A stretch of DNA of 64,000 nucleotides from Stegostoma tigrinum (taxonomy: Eukaryota). The notes below the pieces were generated by a model. The model had not been told where the DNA came from. It searched no databases and worked only from the letters and a program-made list of their open reading frames with translations. Below are positions 12,975-25,060 of this stretch, piece by piece. The stretch lies in assembly GCF_030684315.1 (NCBI RefSeq), contig NC_081356.1:16641197-16705196 (forward strand), written 5' to 3'. The position numbers were made by a program, and so were the translations under genes. The number at the start of each line of letters is the position of its first letter. The stretch's first letter is position 1.

Positions 12975-13155
12975 TGCCCACAGTCCACAGTTGTTCAAGT
13001 CAGATGTATTGGCCATGCTGTATTGCCCATAGTGTGCAGGGCTGTGCAGGCTAGGTGGATTAGCCATGGGAAATGCAGGGTTACAGGGTTAGGGTAGAAG
13101 TGCCGGTGTGAACACAATGGGCTAAATGGCCTGCTTTCACACTGTAGGGATTTGA
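12975..13155 (+). mobile_element. HE1/V-SINE 3' portion
   Basis: cccacagtcc..ttggccatgc..tgcccatagtg..gattagccatgggaaatgcaggg, matching the full copy at 55896-56250. Confidence 0.7.
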
Positions 13156-14269
13156 TGATAAGGAAGGGAAAACAAAATAAATTGAATTAAAGCCTGTTGG
13201 ATGTGCAATATTTAGATACCAGAGAGAAGTAGTTCATTATAGGGAACATAATGCCTTTGTTGGGATGGGCTGTCCTACTAGCAACAACTTCTCAATCATT
13301 TTTCTCCCTGAGTTCACATGAAGTGAGGGCTGATAGCATTCCTAAAATAGTTGACTCTGGTTAATTAGGGGGAGTTTCAACACAGGTTTTCTGGCACCAC
13401 ACAAACCAAAAGTCTTCTAGCCCCCACACACGCTGCTCTCAAACATACATTCAGACTCAGTTTTGATTATAATTCTAAATGTTTCCTCATCACCTGTATC
13501 CCAAATACTATAGATATATAGTTTTTTATTCTACTGCCAATATTTTTAGAGCTAATAAATAAATGTTAATTAAGAGCTTTAAAAATGCAGTAGTTTTAAT
13601 GCCCAATGATTTGTCTTGCAGAAGTGAAGGGGAGATTAATCTGTAATCTATATTTCCTGCAGATCAGAGAACAATCAGGGTACAAGTACAGAATGATCAT
13701 GTTATTGGATGAATATCCTAGACAATACGAGTTTAAATTCATCTGCAGCAATTTGAATTCAAGATAACAAATAATTGCAAGTAAAGAAACTAATATCAAT
13801 AAAAAGCCTTGCAGCTGCTGGATAAATGGGAGAAAAAAGCAACTCATTCACTAACCCACCAGGTCTGACAGCAACTGTGGAGAGAGAGGAGTTAATATTT
13901 CAAGTCAGTATTGACTCTCTTCACAGAAACTGCCAAACCTGCTGAGTTTCTCCAGCAGTTTCTGTTTACATTTCACGTCTTCAGCATCTGCAGTATGTTG
14001 CTCTCATTCGCTAATCTCCTTTAGGCAAAGAAACCTGTTCTTACCTGGATCGCCTCCAATTTATCATTACTCTGGTGACAATTAACTAACCTGTGAAGTG
14101 ACTTAGCAAATCTGAAAGAAGAGATGGACAGTAAGTAACTACCTTGCGTCAATTCCAATAATAATTGTTGAATCCTGAAGGCTGGCCTTTCAATGATGAC
14201 AGTTTACCTTCCATTTCCTCTCCTGATTGCCCACCATGCCGCCTCGTCTCACCCCAGGGAATGTACTAA

Positions 14270-16830
14270 GAATGTAAGACATAAGGGCAGAGTAGGCCAT
14301 TGAACTCCTTGAGTCTGCTCTGCCATTCATTGAATCACAACTGATCTGATAACCCTCAATCCTACCTTCCTGCCCTTCTCCCCATATTCGGCAATTCCAG
14401 TTTTTCTAATCAACCTGTTCAGAGATGTTACACACTTCTGGAGCAGACAAAAATCTCTCTACCTCAGCCTTGAATTAACTTAATGACCCAGCCTCATCAG
14501 CCCTCTGCAGTAAAGAATTCTACAGATTCACTACCCACTAAGAGAAGAAGTTGGTCCTCATCTCTGTCAAAAATATTCTTAAGATTATGCTCCCTCTTCC
14601 TCGGCTTTCCCACAAGGGGAAGCAATCTCTGTATATGCCTTGTTCAGTTCCCTAACAAACTTTTATGTTTCAATGAGGTCGCCTTTCATTCTTCTAAATT
14701 CCAATGAGTACAAGCTCAACCTACTCAATCTTTTTTCAAAAGAAACACCCATCATACCTGGTATCAGCCCAGTCAAACTCCTCTGGACTGCCTCCAATAC
14801 CAATTTACTTTCATTATATAAAGAGCCCAAAACTGTTTACTGTATTCCAGCTGCAGTCTGAGTAGTGCATTGTATTGTTTTTGCAAAATGTCCCTACTTT
14901 TGCATTCCATTCCCTTTGAAATAAAAGCCAACATTCCATTTGCTTTCCCTATTATCGCCTGAAATTTAGAAGTTAACATTTTGTGTTTCATGCATGAGGA
15001 ATCCCAAATCCCCCTGTGCTATAGTTTTCTGCAGTTTTACTCCACTTAAATGATAGCCAGGTCCTCTATTCATTCTGCCAAAGTACATAACTTCACATTT
15101 TCCCACATTATGTTCCATCTGCCAAGTGTTTTGCATACTCACGCTTTGTCAATATCTCCCTGCCGACTCTTTGTTAACATCCTCACCACTTAACATTTTA
15201 TCTATTTTTGGGACATCCTCATATTTGGCCAGAATACATTCACTTTCCTCATGTAAGTCATTAATATATATTGCACTGATCCCTGTGGCACTCCATTGGT
15301 TACTGATTGCCGTCCTGAAAAAGACCCTTAAACCCCAACTCTTTGTCTTCCGTCAGCGAGCCAAGCATCCAGTGTCAGCTGAGCTTGATAGGTTTGCCTA
15401 CCCCTTGGCCCTTACGTCAACTGGGCTGGACACCTAATGGGTGGCTCAGACCAAATAGTCATTTATCTTTCTCCAAGGGATTGCATGTTAATGTTATTGA
15501 AAATCCTGAACTAGGACTCCTAAGTCCCTTTGTGCTTCAGATTTCCAAAGCCTTTCGTCATTTAGAAAATAGTGTATACCTCTATTCTTCCTACCACTTT
15601 CCCACATTGTATTCCATCTGCCACTTTTTTGCCCAGTCTCCTAGCATGCCCAAGTCCTTCTGCAGCCTCCCAGCTTCCTCAACACTACCTGCAGCCTCAC
15701 CTATCTTTGTGTCATTTGCAAACTTAGCAACAACGTCCTCAGTTCCTTCACTGAGATCATTAATGGAGAACGTGAATAGTTGTGGTCTAATACTGACCCC
15801 TGCAAAGCTCCATTAGTCACTGGCAGCCATTTTGAAAAAAATACACCTTTATCCCCACTCTCTGTCTTCTGCCAGTCAGCGAATCCTCAAACCAAGCCAG
15901 TAGTTTGCCTACAATACCATGGGCTTTATCTTATTTAACAGCCTCCTTGCAGTTCCTTATCAAAGGCCTTAGGGAAATCAAGTCCTCTGGCCCTCCTTTG
16001 TCTAACTTCTTCTTTGCCCTCTCAAAGAATTCTAATAGATTTGTCAGGCATGGCATCCCTTTGTCATAGGGCTGTGCTGACTCAACCCTATTTTACCATG
16101 TACTTCCAACTATTCCACAATCTCATGCTTAATTATGGACTCTAAAATCTTACTAACAACGGAGGTCAGGCTATCTAACCGATAAAAAGCAAAATAACTG
16201 TGGATGCTATAAATCAGGAACAAAAATTGCTGGAAAAGCTCAGCAGGTCTTGCAGCATCAGTGAAGAAAAGTATCAGAGTTAACGTTTTGGGTTCGGTGA
16301 CCCTTCCTCCAGTTCTTAGCAAGGGTCACCGGTCCCAAAACGTTAACTCTGATTTTTTTTCCTCACAGCCGTTGCCAGACCTGCTGAGCTTTTCCAGCAA
16401 TTTCTGATTTCTAACTGATCTATAGTTTCCTGCCTCCCTCCCTTCTTAAACAGGTATGTTACATTAACAATTTTCCAGGTCTCTCGGATCCTCCCTGACT
16501 CCAGTGATTCCTGATCTAATGTCTCTACAATCTTCTCAGCTATCTCCTTCAGAACTGTGGGGTGAGTCCATCTGGGCTGGGTGATTTGTCCACCTTTAGA
16601 TCTTTCAACTTCCTCAGCACCTTCTCCTTCATGATGGCCACTACACCCACCTCTGCCCCCTGCTTGTCTTGAAGTTCTGGTGTGCTGCTGGTGACTTCCT
16701 CCATGTGAAAGTACCTATGCAGTCCCTCCGCCATTTCTTTGTTCCCCATTATTACTTCTCCAGCCTCATTTTCCTGTGGTCCAAAGCTCACTCTTGCCTC
16801 TCATTTACCTTTCTGATATCTTAAAAGAAT
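14270..16830 (-). mobile_element. Long degenerate CR1 LINE region (RT domain to 3' UTR) with nested insertions
   Basis: Minus-strand fragments LKVDKSPSPDG, SLTSVVSKILESIIK, KANGMLAFISKGMECKS and LEYSKQFWA; 3' tail near 14270. Confidence 0.85.
16183..16410. mobile_element. Fold-back Penelope-like terminal-repeat element nested in CR1
   Basis: aattgctggaaaagctcagcaggtct..atcagagttaacgttttggg..ggtgaccctt versus aagggtcacc..cccaaaacgttaactctgat..agacctgctgagcttttccagcaatt. Confidence 0.8.
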
Positions 16831-16854
16831 CTCTTAAAATGGGCTCAGTAATAT

Positions 16855-16981
16855 TTTCTGAAGAAGGATCCTGACCGAAAACATCAACTTCCCTTCTCCT
16901 CTGATGCTGCCTGGCCTGCTGTGTTCATCCAGCTCCACACTGCCTTATCTCAGACTCCAGCATCGGCAGTTCTTACTATCT
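16855..16981 (+). mobile_element. Solo Penelope-like terminal repeat with 11-bp TSD
   Basis: ctcagtaatat at 16844-16854 and 16982-16992; degenerate CTGAAGA..GAAA core. Confidence 0.75.
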
Positions 16982-17174
16982 CTCAGTAATATATTCAGTG
17001 TGTTTTTGCTTTAATGCCTGCAGCGCCTGTCTTCAGGCAGGATTTCAACTTGCACAAGCATACTTGTGTTTAAAATCCAAATCCACGTCATTGGAGTAGA
17101 TAATGAAACACAGTCATCCTGTGTTAATGGATGCAGTGCTGGAGATTTTAGCAATGCAGCTGGGCAGGAGGTAC

Positions 17175-17556
17175 ATAGAAGATAGAATATTACAGAGCAG
17201 TACAAGCCCTTCGACCCTCGATGTTGCGCAGACCTGTGAAACCAATCTGAAGCCCATCTAACCTACACTATTCCATTATCATCCATATGTTTATCCAATG
17301 ACCATTTAAATGCCTGTAAACTTGGCGAGTCTACTACTGTTGCAGGTAGGGCATTCCACACCCTTATTACTCTCTGAGTAAAGAATTTACCTCTGACATC
17401 TGCCCTATATCTATCAACCCTCAATTTAAAGCTATGTCCCCTTGTGCTAGCCATCACCGTCCAAGGAAAAAGGCTTTCACTGTCAACCTTATCTAATCCT
17501 CTGATCATCTTGTACGTCTCTACTAAGTCACCCCTTAACCTTCTTCTGTCTAACGA
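17175..17556 (-). mobile_element. Young CR1 LINE 3' fragment
   Basis: ORF 17263..17508 (MIRGLDKVDSESLFP..TRGHSFKL..FFTQRVIRVWNALP) plus tail; same family as 34640-35205. Confidence 0.9.
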
Positions 17557-17711
17557 GGTATTCTACCAAGGGAACAAGATCCTTGAGGACCCCTTAGAAT
17601 GAGAAATGGAGGTAGGAAACTAGGTGAACTTCACGAGTCTTGGCACAAGGAGCAGTGTTATAATGTAGATTTCATGATTTCACACAGGGATATTTTTATT
17701 ACGACGTACTA

Positions 17712-18035
17712 TTTCATGGGATGTAGGCATCTTCATCAAGGCCAGAATTTCTTGCCCATCCTTTATTGCCATTGAACTAAGCAGCTTGCTAGGGCAGTTA
17801 AGAGTGAAACACATGACTGTATGATGAGAGTCACATGTGGGTCTGACTGGATAAGATTGTCAGATTTTCTTCCCTAAAGGACATTCTTCAACCCGATGAG
17901 TTTTTATGTCAGCTGTGTCACCGTTACTGAGACTAGGTTTCAATTCCAGATGTATTAATTGAACTTAAATTTCACTAGCTGCCATGGTGTGATTTGAGCC
18001 TGTGGCCCCCAAAACATTCGCCTTGGTCTCTGGAC
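17712..18035 (-). mobile_element. tRNA-derived SINE (same family as 41925-42240)
   Basis: Reverse complement shows ggctcaaatcacaccatggcagct..atctggaattga..tagggaagaaaatctg..ggcaataaag. Confidence 0.6.
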
Positions 18036-18831
18036 AATGAATCTCACAGGATTACCACTGTATCATTGTCTGCCCCTTGTCACCAGGTTAGTATCAGTGA
18101 ATGCATCATTACCCGACATCGCCTCCCAACAAAAACCCAACTTCTCACGCTGCTCAACTCATCAAAACCCCACGATTCATCCATCGTCAGCTGTTACACT
18201 TCATCTCACTGCCAGACATTGATCAATACAGGTCAGTGGTCAATTAGGAGAGTGTGCGCTCTATGGTTTAAACAGGTGGACAGTAAGTGTAAATTATAAT
18301 ATTTTTAGAGAGTGCATTAAATTGAATGTTCATTATCTTTTTAATCATGGTGTTGGGAATGTAATGCTGAGTGAAAAACCCATGTTCCCTAGATACTTAC
18401 AGGCTTATTCCAAACAGAACAAGAAAACAAAAATATTTTATTTTTAATGTAAGCTTTAGGCAAATACGGAAAATCCTAGAAGCCAATTAACATGCCAAGG
18501 GTGTGTACTGTTCACAGCAGCAATACTTTTGTGTCAGAAGGTTCAAGCTGCTTATCTGGCAGCTAGATTAAGTTCCTCCTTGGAATTGTTCCATTACTGG
18601 GCAACAGGAGCATTAATCAGTCATTTCCTTCACTTTGTCTATTGACATTGTTTTGTATTCTACATTTTCTCAAGTGCAGCTTAAATATGGAGAAGCTGTA
18701 TGATGATGTGTTAGCTTGGTGCCGGTGTGTGCTGTACATTTTGGCTTTCTTTAAAATATTGCCACTTGTGTATGGGTAGGTTTAAAGGTAAGGTGCTTTA
18801 ACTCGTTTTTAAACAGTGTAGCTTAAACAGA

Positions 18832-18959
18832 ATGGATTTAGAGTTTTTACAGTCTGAGCTAGACTATTACCCAGTCACCATCTACCAGTTTCTGAGTGCC
18901 CCATTTGCACTTGCTTTCTATTACTTCTCCATCACAGGATACCTTCATCTAACTGCAAG
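18832..18959 (+). CDS. MBOAT4: Ghrelin O-acyltransferase, coding exon 1
   Basis: MDLEFLQSELDYYPVTIYQFLSAPFALAFYYFSITGYLHLTA(R), like the GOAT N-terminus (..FYQGAAFPFALLF..AR); donor AG|GTAGGA, phase 2. Not in the ORF track. Confidence 0.88.
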
Positions 18960-20904
18960 GTAGGAATGCATAAGCTTTATCAATAGTACATGGTACAATA
19001 CCCTATCGTTTAATCATTAAAAGTTCTTAATTCTATTGCATATGTTCTGTAATCTCAATGTTATGAAAATGCACATTTTCAGTTGATCACTGGGTAACAA
19101 AACAGGTGAAACTTCTTTGGTAGGTTGGAATAACACCTTAATAGTCAGTGATTTGTGTTATAATTTAACATTTCTTGCTAATAAGTTGAATTCAAATCTT
19201 ATGAGATACTGCCATATTGGAATGGGACAAATGGAAACTGAGTCTTTTGTGACTTCATTTTGTAGGTAGGCTTTTGCATTTGTAAATCCATAGCTTGAGT
19301 ACAGGGCCAAAAGCAAGCTATAAAAATGGAGTTAAAATTTCAGGTTGATTGTTGTATATGACCTTGCCTTTAATAATGTTCGCCTTTAAGGACGACATAT
19401 GCCATGTGTATGCAATGTTGCAACTCTGCCTGACAACAGCTTTGCTGTTGGTTCACTGAACAGTCTGTTTTTTAACATATAATGCATCTTCCTGTTTGAA
19501 TTAGTTTATTTAAAAGAGTTGATCCAATCCCTGATGAGCAATTGACAATTAAGCCATTATCATTGATATAACACAGGTGTTAGGCAGTGGTAAACGTCAT
19601 GCTGGTGGATTGTGCTTGAACGGTCAAGCAAGTTAATCTGATGGTGAAACACATAGTCGACTGTCTTAAATCAAACTAATATATTTGGGACAACCTTCAA
19701 TGGCCTCATTTATTACAGTGTTAAAAACAGAGCTTAGTGGTAAGCAAACAAATCCCTAATAAGAGACCTGTTTGACTCACCTGAGAAGATAAAGGATCAA
19801 GCTGTGTGCTGTATCAATAGTAAGCAAGGGATGTTGTCAGACTGTCCAAAAGTTCCCTCATTTAAATTGAGACACAACAGACCTCCTAATAGAATTTAAC
19901 ATGTCTAAACAGCATTCAGAGCTATAGTTTGTAGATTAGGGTGTATACAATGCAGAAAATCAAGATTTTCTTAGCAATTGAGAATGAAGAGCCACACAGA
20001 ATTAACACATCAAGATTAACAGCAAAAGAGCTAGAAGATCCCTAAAAGATACAGATCATTCATGATGGTGACTGCTTTGGTGTGCCATTGATTTCCACGC
20101 CTCACTGACATTGTATGTCATTCCTGTTTGTGTTGTACTTGCTTTTCCAAAATGTACTCATCGTGATAAAAGGTTAGCGGCCTGAAACTTTAACTCCATT
20201 TTAATGTCCAAACATACTGCCTGTCCTACTGGCTATTTCCAGCAATTTTTGTTCTTCTTTCATATTTCTTGTGTATGCAATATTTTGCATCTGAACAAAA
20301 ACTGAGTTGTGAGGAGACAGAAAAATGATTGGCAGAACTCTGGCTTGTAATTGTTTCTTTCAGTCTTTTATAACTACATAAGATAGACCCAGGGATTTAA
20401 GGAGCAAGACATTACTCTAGTTTGATTATAAAGTACATCCTTTACCCTCCTATGTTATGTTGATCAAAATGAGAATTAGGGCTTTCTTGCAGTGGCTAAA
20501 CTTGGAACTCACTTTTGCAAACAGCTGCTACGTTTAAATAGGGAGATAAACAAAAGAAAAAAAAACAAACAGTTGTTAACAGCAGGCACTTAATTATCAT
20601 GAAACTGTTTAACTGTTTCAAGTGCTTTGATTATATAAAAGACAAGAGTATTTCCTGCGCCCTTTCTTATGGTGAGTCAAAGGTTATGGACTCATAAGGC
20701 TGTTAGCTCCAGTGATACAAGAGCATTCTGTTTACTTTGTAAAATTAGTTGAAGAAAAACTAGAAATTAAACATTTGAGAGCTTCAATACCTGAACAGGT
20801 TATTTTTAAGTAGAAATTTTCAGTGTAAGAGCTCACAGATATCTTTAAGTCTGACAAGTTAGTGATCATACATACGTTGAATCTTCTATTTGTGTCCAAA
20901 CTGA

Positions 20905-21235
20905 TATTTCAGTACAGACGGAATGCTGTTCTGCCAAAGGTGATGTGTTAAAGCAATGCTTCACTCACTCTCTCAGGTCAATGTAAAAACTCCACAGTAC
21001 TATTTCAAAGCAGAGCATGGGAACCCTCCCAGTGTCCTGGGCAACATTTACACCCTCAACCAATATCACTAAAACAGTTTGTCTGATTATTATCACATTG
21101 TTGTTTGTGGGATCTTGCTGTGGAACAATTAATCACTGTATTTCCAGCATTACAAGAATGACTGCATTTCAAATGTAATTCATTGCTGCACAGCACTTGG
21201 AAGCATTTAGGATTTCTCAAAGACGTGACATAAGT
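20905..21235 (+). mobile_element. DeuSINE (SacSINE1/AmnSINE1-like)
   Basis: Deu-domain-like cagtgtcctgggcaacattta..ccctcaaccaatatcactaaaacag..atcacattgttgtttgtgggatcttgctgtg. Confidence 0.65.
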
Positions 21236-21584
21236 GACAGGTGTCCCTTTACCTTCAAACTATAAACATTGGACAAGGTATAAATTTGAGAAACAGAACT
21301 TTTGACATGTACATTTTTCAAGGCCGGAACTAAACTATGACAGATTGTACATGGGTTGTACCTAAGGTTCAAAAGCGGTGGCCAAGTTGGGTTTGTGGGA
21401 ATTTCACAGTCTTGCCGGTACTGGGGGTGACCCAGAAATATAGCACAGGAAAGAATTGCAGTTTAGTAGCAACCATATGTTAGGCTTGGTCCGCTGGGTG
21501 ATTCCTGAAGCTGGAAGCATTTTAAGGTTCCAAAGATTAGTGACATTGGTTCAGGCATGGGTTTCTGGCAGTATTGGAAGTACT

Positions 21585-21715
21585 AAAACAAAAACAGAGA
21601 TTGCAGGTGAAACTCAGCAGGGCTAGCAGCATCTGTGGTACAAAGTAGAGTTAATGCTTTGAGTCTGGTGTTTCTTCATTAGAACCAGACCTCCAGTATC
21701 TGCAGTTCTTTGTAT
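21585..21715. mobile_element. Short Penelope-like terminal-repeat insertion with 13-bp TSD
   Basis: tattggaagtact at 21572-21584 and 21716-21728. Confidence 0.75.
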
Positions 21716-22344
21716 TATTGGAAGTACTTTCTAACTCTAGCTAAAGCACAGGACAGTTACTGGTGTCTATTAGTGCAGAGGGCTAAGGGCAGATGAGAGA
21801 ATGGAAGCTAAGAGCCTGATATTACAGTACTGAGAGTAAGATGGTGACTGGACCTACCAATAGGATAGGTGTGATTCCAGGAGAACTGAAGGATGCCCAG
21901 AGTCATGAAAAATTGAATGCTTGAAAATTGAATAAATTTAAACTGCAACTTTTTATTTAAAGTTTATTTCAATATGTTCAGGCAACATCTTTAGTAGTGT
22001 TGTGGTTTCCTGCCTTTTAGATTCTCCAGTTTGCAAACTAGACTTCAGGAACCTATACAGTCTCCCTCTGGTTGCCCTCCCCAGAGGGTAGAAAAAAAAT
22101 AATCTGCAAAATAAAGAAAGACCTTGCAATTATTTCTCACAGTTCATGATTTCAGGGCATTCTAAAGTGCTTTATAGGTAACAAATGGCTTTTGAAGTTT
22201 AGTTACTGTTGTAAAAGGCAGCAATGAGATAAATGATCAAATGACCAGATTGAGTGATTGTGGCCAAGGATCTCTTGCAGCTATCTGAGAGGGCAGATAC
22301 AGCCTTAGTTTTGACACACAGTATTAATTATTATTATGAGTTTA

Positions 22345-22568
22345 GGTACGTGTTAAGAACTATATGTATCAGTGTATGTCACATGTTGATGTGTGAGTAT
22401 GCATATATGTGTATCAATGTATAAAAGTTTGTAACTGTATCTATACATGAGTGTGGCTGTATAAAAGACAGTATTTCTGTCACCATGTTTCAGTATGTGG
22501 TTTGAAATGCGAGTGTCTCTGTCCATATGTGTATGTGAGTTTGTGTATCTCTGTAGGTGCATGTGCTC
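22345..22568. repeat. Degenerate (TG/TA)n low-complexity tract
   Basis: Runs of tgtg/tatg. Confidence 0.6.
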
Positions 22569-22654
22569 GAATTTCTTTAAGAAAAGCCAATTGAGAATGA
22601 AGTTGCAATTCATGTGGTCACAATTAAAGAACAGAATTTGTTATACTTTTCCAG

Positions 22655-22879
22655 GTATGTATTCCTTACATTTGGAGGACTTCTTTTGGCAATTGTTTCC
22701 ATGGGACCATATGCTGTGATAGTGCTCATACCTGCTGTTTTTGCTGTGGTATTTATACATTCTCTGCAGCCCAGAATCGTCCACAAGTGGACCTTCCTCA
22801 CTCAGATGACATGGCAAACACTCTGCCATTTCTGGCTACACTACAAAGAATATTACCTACAAGAAACAACAGACATCAA
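22655..22879 (+). CDS. MBOAT4: Ghrelin O-acyltransferase, coding exon 2 (225 bp)
   Basis: Acceptor ttttccag|G, donor AA|GTAAGT, phase 2-2; (R)YVFLTFGGLLLAIVSMGPYA..QMTWQTLCHFWLHYKEYYLQE. Confidence 0.92.
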
Positions 22880-22999
22880 GTAAGTGTATTATTTATAAGC
22901 ATTTAATATCTAGGCATCAGCTTTATGGCAATCTCAGCGTAGTTATTAGCGCTTGTATTAAACTCATATCTATTATCCAGGCCATTAGACAACAAGTCA

Positions 23000-24430
23000 T
23001 TCTGCAAAGGTACAAGATGCTGGTGAGACCACATCTGAAGTACCGTGAATAGTTTTGATCCCTTTATTTAAGGAAAGATATCATTTCAGTGGAGGCAGAG
23101 ATAATAGGAACTGTAGATGCTGGTGAATCCAAGATCACAAGGCGTGAAGCTGGATGAATACAGCAGGCCAAGCAGCATCTTAGGAGCAGGAAAGCTTGAA
23201 GGTTGCAGGAAAAGCAACTCATATTCCGCTTGGGAACCTTGCAGCCCAATGGTATCAATGTGGATTTCACAAGCTTCAAAATCTCACCTACCCCCACCGC
23301 ATCCCAAAACCAGCCCAACTCGTCCCTGCCTCCCTAACCTGTTCTTCCTCTCACCCATCCCATTCGCCCACCTCAAGCCACACCCCTAATTACTACTACT
23401 AACCTAATCCTGCCCCCTTGACCTGTCCATCCTCCCTTGACTGACCTATCTCCTCTCTACCTCCCCACCTACAATCACCTTTACTGGCTCCATCGCCGCC
23501 TCTTTAACTTGTCTGTCTCCTGTCCACCTATCTTCTCCTCTATCCATCTTCAATCCACCCCCCCTTCTCTCCTTATTTATTTCAGAACCCTCTTCCCCTC
23601 CCCATTTCTGATGAAGGGTCTAGGTCCAAAACGTCAGCTTTCCTGCTCCTAAGATGCTGCTTGTTCATCCAGCTCCACACCTTGTGATTTCATTGGAGGC
23701 AGTTCAGGGAAGGTTCATTAGGATGATCCCTGGCATGGAGGGATTATCTCATGAGCAAAGGCTAAAAAGGTTCGGACTCTACTCACCAGAGTTTAAAAGA
23801 ATGAAAGGTGATCTCACTGAAAAATATAAGACTCTTAAGGGGCTTGACAGGATAAATGCTAACGGGATGTTTCCCCTCATGGGAGAGTCTAGAGCAAGTG
23901 GGCATAGTCTCAGAATAAAGGGGTGCTGATTTAAGACTGAGATGGTGAGGAATTTCTTCTCTAAGAGAGTTGAGAGTCTTTGGAGATAGTAGGAACTGTC
24001 GATGCTGGAGAATCTGAGATAACACGGTGTGAAGCTGGATGAACACAGCAGGCCAAGTAGCATCAGAGGAGCAGGAAAGCTGATGTTTCGGGTCGAGACC
24101 CTTCTTCAGAAAAAACTCTGAAGAAGGGTCTCAACCCAAAACATCAGCTTTCCTGCTCCTCTGATGCTGCTTGGCCTGCTGTGTTCATCCAGCTTCACAC
24201 CATGCTATCTTAGAGTGTTTGGATCTCCTTTCCACAGAGAGCTGTTGGGGCAGAGTCCTTTCGTATATTTAAAGACTGAGATAGATTCTTGACCAGCTGG
24301 GGAAACAAGGGCTATGGGGAAAAGGGCAGGAAAGTGGATGTGAGGCATGTTGGATCACCCATTATCCTAGTGAATGGCACAGCAGGTCTGGGGGTTGGGG
24401 GGCTATACAGCCTACTCCTGTGCCTGTTCC
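23000..24430 (+). mobile_element. CR1 LINE 3' fragment split by two Penelope-like insertions (23099-23686 and 23985-24211)
   Basis: CR1 motifs LVRPHL.Y, LEAVQGRFIRMIPGM and KGDLTE.YK.LKGLD are continuous once the insertions and their TSDs are removed. Confidence 0.85.
23985..24211. mobile_element. Fold-back Penelope-like terminal-repeat element with opposed hammerhead cores
   Basis: ~95-bp arms around an A-rich loop (24110-24117); minus arm CTGAAGA-agggtctcgaccc-GAAACATC; TSD agagt(c/g)tttgga at 23973-23984 and 24212-24223. Confidence 0.85.
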
Positions 24431-24629
24431 TTATGGTCTTAGGGAACTGAACAAGAGTGAGGTCAGGTGGGGAATTCTCTTAAAACAAAAAGATAGAAGT
24501 ATCTGATAGCAAACCCTCATTATCAGTTTCCAATTCTGCTTCCTGCCCAGCATCTGTCTGGAGTGGCAGAAGGCCAACAGTAGGAGACCAGAGTTGAAGA
24601 TATTAGGTTGGGGGATCAAGGATTTCAAC

Positions 24630-25060
24630 ATCAGGGAGCATATTTTTAAGGTGAGAGGAGAGAGATTTAAAAAAGATATGAGAGGTAAATTTTTTACACA
24701 AGAGGACAGGTCACTCTTGGAATGAACTTCCTGAGGATGTGGTGAATGGGGGCACTGTTACAATATTTAAAGGACACTTAGATAAGTATCTGAATAGAAA
24801 AGCTTCGGAGGGATATGGGCCGGGAGCAGGCTGGTGGGACGAGTTTATTTCGGGATTATGTTTGGAATGGACTGGTTGGACCAAAGGGTCTGTTTCTGTA
24901 CTGTGTGACTTTATGACACTAGAATTCCTAAGACAGAGATGAAGAGGAATTTCTTCTCTCAGAGGGTAGTGAACCTGTGGAATTCTTTGCCACACAGGGC
25001 TGTCAAAATGGTCAGTAAGTGTATTCAAGACTGATAAAGATGAATTCTTAATCAGTTACA
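24630..25060 (+). mobile_element. Two CR1 3' fragments
   Basis: tttaaggtgagaggagagagatttaaaa..tggaatgaacttcctgagga and gaggaatttcttctctcagagggtagtgaacctgtggaattc. Confidence 0.75.

Noticed and set aside
18688-18780. 30-codon ORF just upstream of the MBOAT4 ATG
   Set aside because: Cannot tell whether it is in the mRNA, and its length is compatible with chance.
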